Source: Macrostomum lignano
Taxonomy: Eukaryota
DNA length: 64,000 nucleotides
Assembly (NCBI GenBank): GCA_002269645.1
Contig: NIVC01003775.1
Location: forward strand, 13,429 to 77,428
Reading direction: 5' to 3'
Shown here: piece by piece, positions 59,790 through 64,000 of the stretch
Layout: every line of letters starts with the position of its first letter
Position numbering within the stretch: position 1 is the stretch's first letter
The notes under the pieces: generated by a model
Seen by the model: only the letters and a program-made list of their open reading frames with translations
Told to the model about the DNA's origin: nothing
The model's database searches: none
Made by a program: the position numbers and the translations under genes

Positions 59790-61000
59790 AGAATGTGATC
59801 ATAGTCATAGAGAATGGGATCATAGGGTCATAGAGAATGGAATCATATGGTCATAGAGAATGGAATCATAGGGTCACAGAGAATGGAATCATAGGGTCAT
59901 AGAGAATGGAATCATAGGGTCATAAAGAATGCGATCATAGGGTCATAGAGAATGGGATCATAGGGTCATAGAGAAGGGGATCATAGGGTCATAGAGAATG
60001 GAATCATAGGGTCATAGAGAATGGAATCATAGGGTCATAAAGAATGGGATCATAGGGTCATAGAGAATGGGATCATAGAGTCATAGAGAATGGGATCATA
60101 GTCATAGAGAATGGGATCATAGTCATAGAGAATGGGATCATAGTCATAGAGAATGGGATCATAGTCATAGAGAATGGGATCACATACATAAATATTTAAA
60201 TCATGGGATCATAGAGAATGGGATCATAGGGTCATAGAAAATGGGATCATAGAGTCATAGAGAACGGGATCAGAGTCACAGAGAACGGGATCAGAGTCAT
60301 AGAGAATGGAATCATAGGGTCATAGAGAATGTGATCATAGTCATAGAGAATGGAATCATAGCGTCATAGAGAATGGGATCATAGGGTCATAGAGAATGGA
60401 ATCATAGGGTCATAGGGAAGGGGATCAGAGTCATAGAGAATGGAATCATAGGGTCATAGAGAATGTGATCAGAGTCATAGAGAATGGAATCATAGGGTCA
60501 TAGAGAATGTGATCAGAGTCATAGAGAATGGAATCATAGGGTCATAGAGAATGTGATCAGAGTCATAGAGAATGGAATCATAGGGTCATAGAGAATGTGA
60601 TCAGAGTCATAGAGAATGGAATCATAGGGTCATAGAGAATGTGATCAGAGTCATAGAGAATGGAATCATAGGGTCATAGAGAATGTGATCAGAGTCATAG
60701 AGAATGGAATCATAGGGTCATAGAGAATGTGATCAGAGTCATAGAGAATGGAATCATAGGGTCATAGAGAATGTGATCAGAGTCATAGAGAATGGAATCA
60801 TAGGGTCATAGGGAAGGGGATCAGAGTCATAGATAATGGAATCATAGGGTCATAGAGAATGTGATCAGAGTCATAGAGAATGGAATCATAGGGTCATAGG
60901 GAAGGGGATCAGAGTCATAGAGAATGGAATCATAGGGTCATAGAGAATGGGATCAAAGTCATAGAGAATGGAATCATAGTCATAGGGAATATGATCATAG
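59790..61000. repeat. ~21-23-bp intronic minisatellite with dimeric higher-order units
   Basis: CATAGGGTCATAGAGAATGG(G/A)AT alternating with CAGAGTCATAGAGAATGTGAT. Confidence 0.95.
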
Positions 61001-61057
61001 TCACACGCACGTAATGGGATTAGGGGATCAATGGGAAAACATCCCAGCGCTACAAAC

Positions 61058-61440
61058 CTGAGGCTGACCCAGAGGCGCATAAGCATTATAAACGTAGGCG
61101 AACCAGCGAAACTCTTCGGGATCCAGCGGGACTTGATAGCTGGGAGACTGCGACATCTGCTGGAACTTCTCCATCAGCTCTGACATCATTGGCTGCATCG
61201 GAGGCGGCAGGGCTCGAGGCAGCCGCTCGTTGGGCGCGCTGGACTTCTGGGTGAGGCTGAACCAAACCAGCAGGGTGGTGTCAAAGGCTGGCGCCCCGCC
61301 TGGAAACAGCGCGTCAAGGATGCGCAGGATGGGAGCAAAATCTACGAGGGGATTTTTGTTTTGAGCGCCCAAGAAGTTGAACAGCATCCAAGCGATGTGC
61401 GGCGCCGAACGGCTGAGCGAATCTCGTCGATCTTGCAGGC
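61058..61440 (-). CDS. MED23: Mediator subunit 23, exon
   Basis: aaccag|GC ... CAG|gtttgt; HIAWMLFNFLG..NKNPLVDFAPILRILDALFP corresponds to HLMWVLLQFISG..QKNALADFLPVMKLFDLLYP. Confidence 0.9.
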
Positions 61441-61594
61441 CTGGTTTTGGTTGAAGGGAATTGAATATTAGCGAAATGTTTGCATTGCTACTCAGTCAGT
61501 AGAGTAGTCCAAGTATGTTGCAATATCTATCTGAGCCAGGTGAGTGTCTCAGTTGACGATATGCGAGATTAGGGAAAAATAGCTGGCATACTAA

Positions 61595-61897
61595 GGGATC
61601 TGGGAGGCTGACCCAGCAACTGAGGATCTGGGAGGCTGGTACAGCAACTGAGGATCTGGGAGACTGGTACAGCAACTGAGGATCTGGGAGGCTGACCCAG
61701 CAACTGAGGATCTGGGAGGCTGGTACAGCAACTGAGGATCTGGGAGGCTGGCCCAGCAACTGAGGATCTGGGAGGCTGACCCAGCAACTGAGGATCTGGG
61801 AGGCTGACCCAGCAACTGAGGATCTGGGAGGCTGGCCCAGCAACTGAGGATCTGGGAGGCTGACCCAGCAACTGAGGATCTGGGAGGCTGACCCAGA
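61595..61897. repeat. 28-bp intronic minisatellite
   Basis: CAGCAACTGAGGATCTGGGAGGCTG(ACC/GTA/GCC). Confidence 0.95.
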
Positions 61898-61912
61898 AAC
61901 TGAGCTCAATAC

Positions 61913-62377
61913 CTTCCAAAACTCCAAGGCACATCTCGGGAAAGCGCACGAGATGCAGCCGACAAAGATGGATGCTGTACAGTCCCAGATGACGCCACAT
62001 CATGTCTGCCCAAGCCATCTCGCTATCGGATTCGCAGGCCTCGGTCTCGTCGGCAGTCCACAGAATGGTGTCAATCAAGCATCGCTCCAGAAACAGGCAC
62101 CTGGATATCTTGCTAGCCCTTGGTGCCGTGTGCAGTGACAGAAGACTCAACAACAGGTCCATGCTGCCCTGCTGCGTGAGCACAGCCCTGATGAGGCTGG
62201 TATGCGGTCTCTGCAAGCACCTGGCATAGGGCAGGGGGCCCTTCAAATCCAGGGCGCCAGTCGAGGCCAGCAGATTCACGGGCACATTGGTGACGCTGCT
62301 GGGCTGCGGATGCTGCAGAATGGCCGGCGGCATGCAGTAGTTGCCAACACCGGCTATGGGAACGATTTGACGGATCA
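61913..62377 (-). CDS. MED23: Mediator subunit 23, exon
   Basis: ccccgcag|TG ... GAA G|gtattg; LKGPLPY...PHTSLIRAVLTQ..S.D, RCLFLE, MWRHL, FPEM correspond to LKGLLPY...PQTALLRYVLEQ..S.D, RCPVLE, LWQHL, FPHM. Confidence 0.9.
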
Positions 62378-62447
62378 CTGCGGGGCGGAGCAGGCGGGTG
62401 AGTCATCTGCTACTCTGATCCAGCAGGAATGATTAGCAGCACCTTAC

Positions 62448-62517
62448 CTCTGTGCGAGAACATGTTGGCAACGTTTTTGAAGCTATTGCGAAATGTTTCC
62501 AGTTTGGTCTTTAAAAT
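62448..62517 (-). CDS. MED23: Mediator subunit 23, most 5' exon found in the window (gene continues beyond)
   Basis: tttcctccctcag|ATT ... AGA G|gtaagg; KLETFRNSFKNVANMFS corresponds to KLVSDFVDTFRPTARINS; followed by a 70-nt intron. Confidence 0.75.
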
Positions 62518-62679
62518 CTGAGGGAGGAAAGTTATTGAGGATCTGCTGCTGGACTGATTGTGAATTTATCGATCATTCTGTATAAAATATAGACACCCGT
62601 ACGACTCTACTACGACTAGGACTACTACTACAACTTTTCTACTATTAGTCTACTACTGAAATACAGTGCCCAGTTGCCT

Positions 62680-62948
62680 GTGAACAGGGTCTGAGCAGAC
62701 AGTAGTCTGTAAACAGGGTCTGAGCAGACAGCAGTCTGTAAACAGGGTCTGAGCAGACAGCAGTCTGTAAACAGGGTCTGAGCAGACAGCAGTCTGTAAA
62801 CAGGGTCTGAGCAGACAGCAGTCTGTAAACAGGGTCTGAGCAGACAGCAGTCTGTGAACAGGGTCTGAGCAGACAGCAGTCTGTGAACAGGGTCTGAGCA
62901 GACAGCAGTCTGTGAACAGGGTCTGAGCAGACAGCAGTCAGTGAACAG
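62680..62948. repeat. 29-bp intronic minisatellite
   Basis: AACAGGGTCTGAGCAGACAGCAGTCTGT(A/G), about 9 copies. Confidence 0.95.
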
Positions 62949-63395
62949 ACGCCGCCAACTGCGACTCGTGACTTGTCTGGCTACATTAAAACAGTCTACC
63001 AGTACGACTCTACTAAGACTACGACTACTACGTCTGTGACCAGATGCCATGAACTGCTACTTGTGGCCGGTCTGGCCTACTCAAACTAATTTAATCTCGT
63101 ATGTGCATCAAATTATTTACACTTCGTTAATTAGTCAGAGTTCTCAGTGCTCTATAACAATTATTTATTTTTCTAAATAACTTATTTGTAGTATTTTTCA
63201 AGCTGGTTAGTCACATTTCTAAGCTGTAATGCCTTAACCAGTCAGAGTGCTTTAATTCCCTCTTTGTATTAGCTATATGTACGTGCATTTTTACACAACA
63301 CTGCTCAGTGCACCCAGCCAAAGCTGGTACATAAATAATAATGTTATGAGGAAATAACTTCACTACCAAAATAATTGCTACTTTATATACCCTCA

Positions 63396-63443
63396 AAATA
63401 AACCCTGACGAAGGCCATGATTTGGCCGAAATATCGGTTATTT
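63396..63443 (+). ncRNA. Minimal type I hammerhead ribozyme motif (Penelope-type)
   Basis: AACC-CTGACGA-A-GGCCA-tgatt-TGGCC-GAAA-TAT-C-GGTT: intact core CUGANGA and GAAA, 5-bp helix II, palindromic ATAT helix III, UC cleavage site at 63435, helix I AACC/GGTT extendable by TAAA/ATTT. Confidence 0.75.
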
Positions 63444-63805
63444 CAAAGTTTGACACCTGAAAACTTCAATCTTCCGTGTGCGTGGTTGCGGTTTCAGACT
63501 GTCTTATACTCGTAGATATCTCTATTTATCTATTTATCGATCTTTCGATCTATATATCCATCTATCTTTCTATCTATCTATGGATCAAATATACTTCATT
63601 AACTACTAAACGGCAGTGCCCAGTTGTCTGTGTCCAGGGACTGAGCAGACGGTGATCTGTGTCCAGACGCCGCCCTGATACTTGTGGCTTGCCAGGATAA
63701 ACAATTAATTACTGCATATGCATCAGTATGTAATTATTTACCCTTCTTTAACCAGTTTAAGTAAGGTCGTAGTGCTCTGTAACAATTTAATTTACTTTAA
63801 AAACA

Positions 63806-64000
63806 TTAGACACCAGTGAATGCGGCGGAAAGATCCTCCCAACGCTGCGCATTGAGGACAGAATTAACCTACGACCGACACCCACGTTCCTTGGCCTTCG
63901 CCTAGACGACCAACTGACTTCGCCAACCATATAGAGGCAGTGCGCAAAAGATGGCCACCAGGCGGCGTTGTCTGCAAAGTCTCGTTGGCAAATCCCAGGA
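63806..64000 (+). mobile_element. Non-LTR retrotransposon (LINE) RT C-terminal fragment, running off the window
   Basis: With two 1-nt frame corrections it reads PTPTFLGLRLDDQLT-FANHIEAVRK-MATRRRCLQSLVGK, the typical LINE FLG..LD..L.F..HI motif. Confidence 0.7.

Noticed and set aside
61496-63050. ORFs with SQILSCWVSLPDPQ and CSDPVYRLL repeats
   Set aside because: Read-through of MED23 exon frames into, or translations of, the 28-bp and 29-bp intronic arrays.

Overview
Eukaryotic (metazoan) genomic DNA with GC-rich exons and AT-rich or minisatellite-filled introns. The style resembles a free-living flatworm such as Macrostomum, but the species is my inference only. No prokaryotic operons, rRNA, tRNA genes or CRISPR arrays were seen. 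Four protein genes can be reconstructed with canonical, phase-compatible splice sites: a purple acid phosphatase (ACP7-like, minus, 2 exons), a C14orf93-like gene (minus, 4-5 exons), a TENT5/FAM46 non-canonical poly(A) polymerase (plus, 2 exons) and a 5'-incomplete Mediator subunit MED23 (minus, 9 exons in the window, 1181 aa). There is also a probable orphan single-pass membrane-protein gene (minus, about 41.9-46.0 kb). Mobile DNA comprises a decayed Gmr1-type Gypsy element (PR-INT-RT-RH order, SCAN-like gag), a young Mag-like Gypsy element with a perfect 5-bp TSD inside a MED23 intron, a hAT MITE, a CORE-SINE fragment, a solo-LTR-like insert, a LINE RT fragment and a Penelope-type minimal hammerhead ribozyme motif. 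The most striking architecture is that nearly every long intron carries its own tandem-repeat family (15-40 bp units). Several of these share a GGGATCT core with a consistent strand, and several can be traced to unexpanded seed copies elsewhere in the window. Most long ORFs in the supplied track are artefacts of these arrays. Protein and RNA family assignments are by-eye motif matches to remembered sequences; no database search was run.
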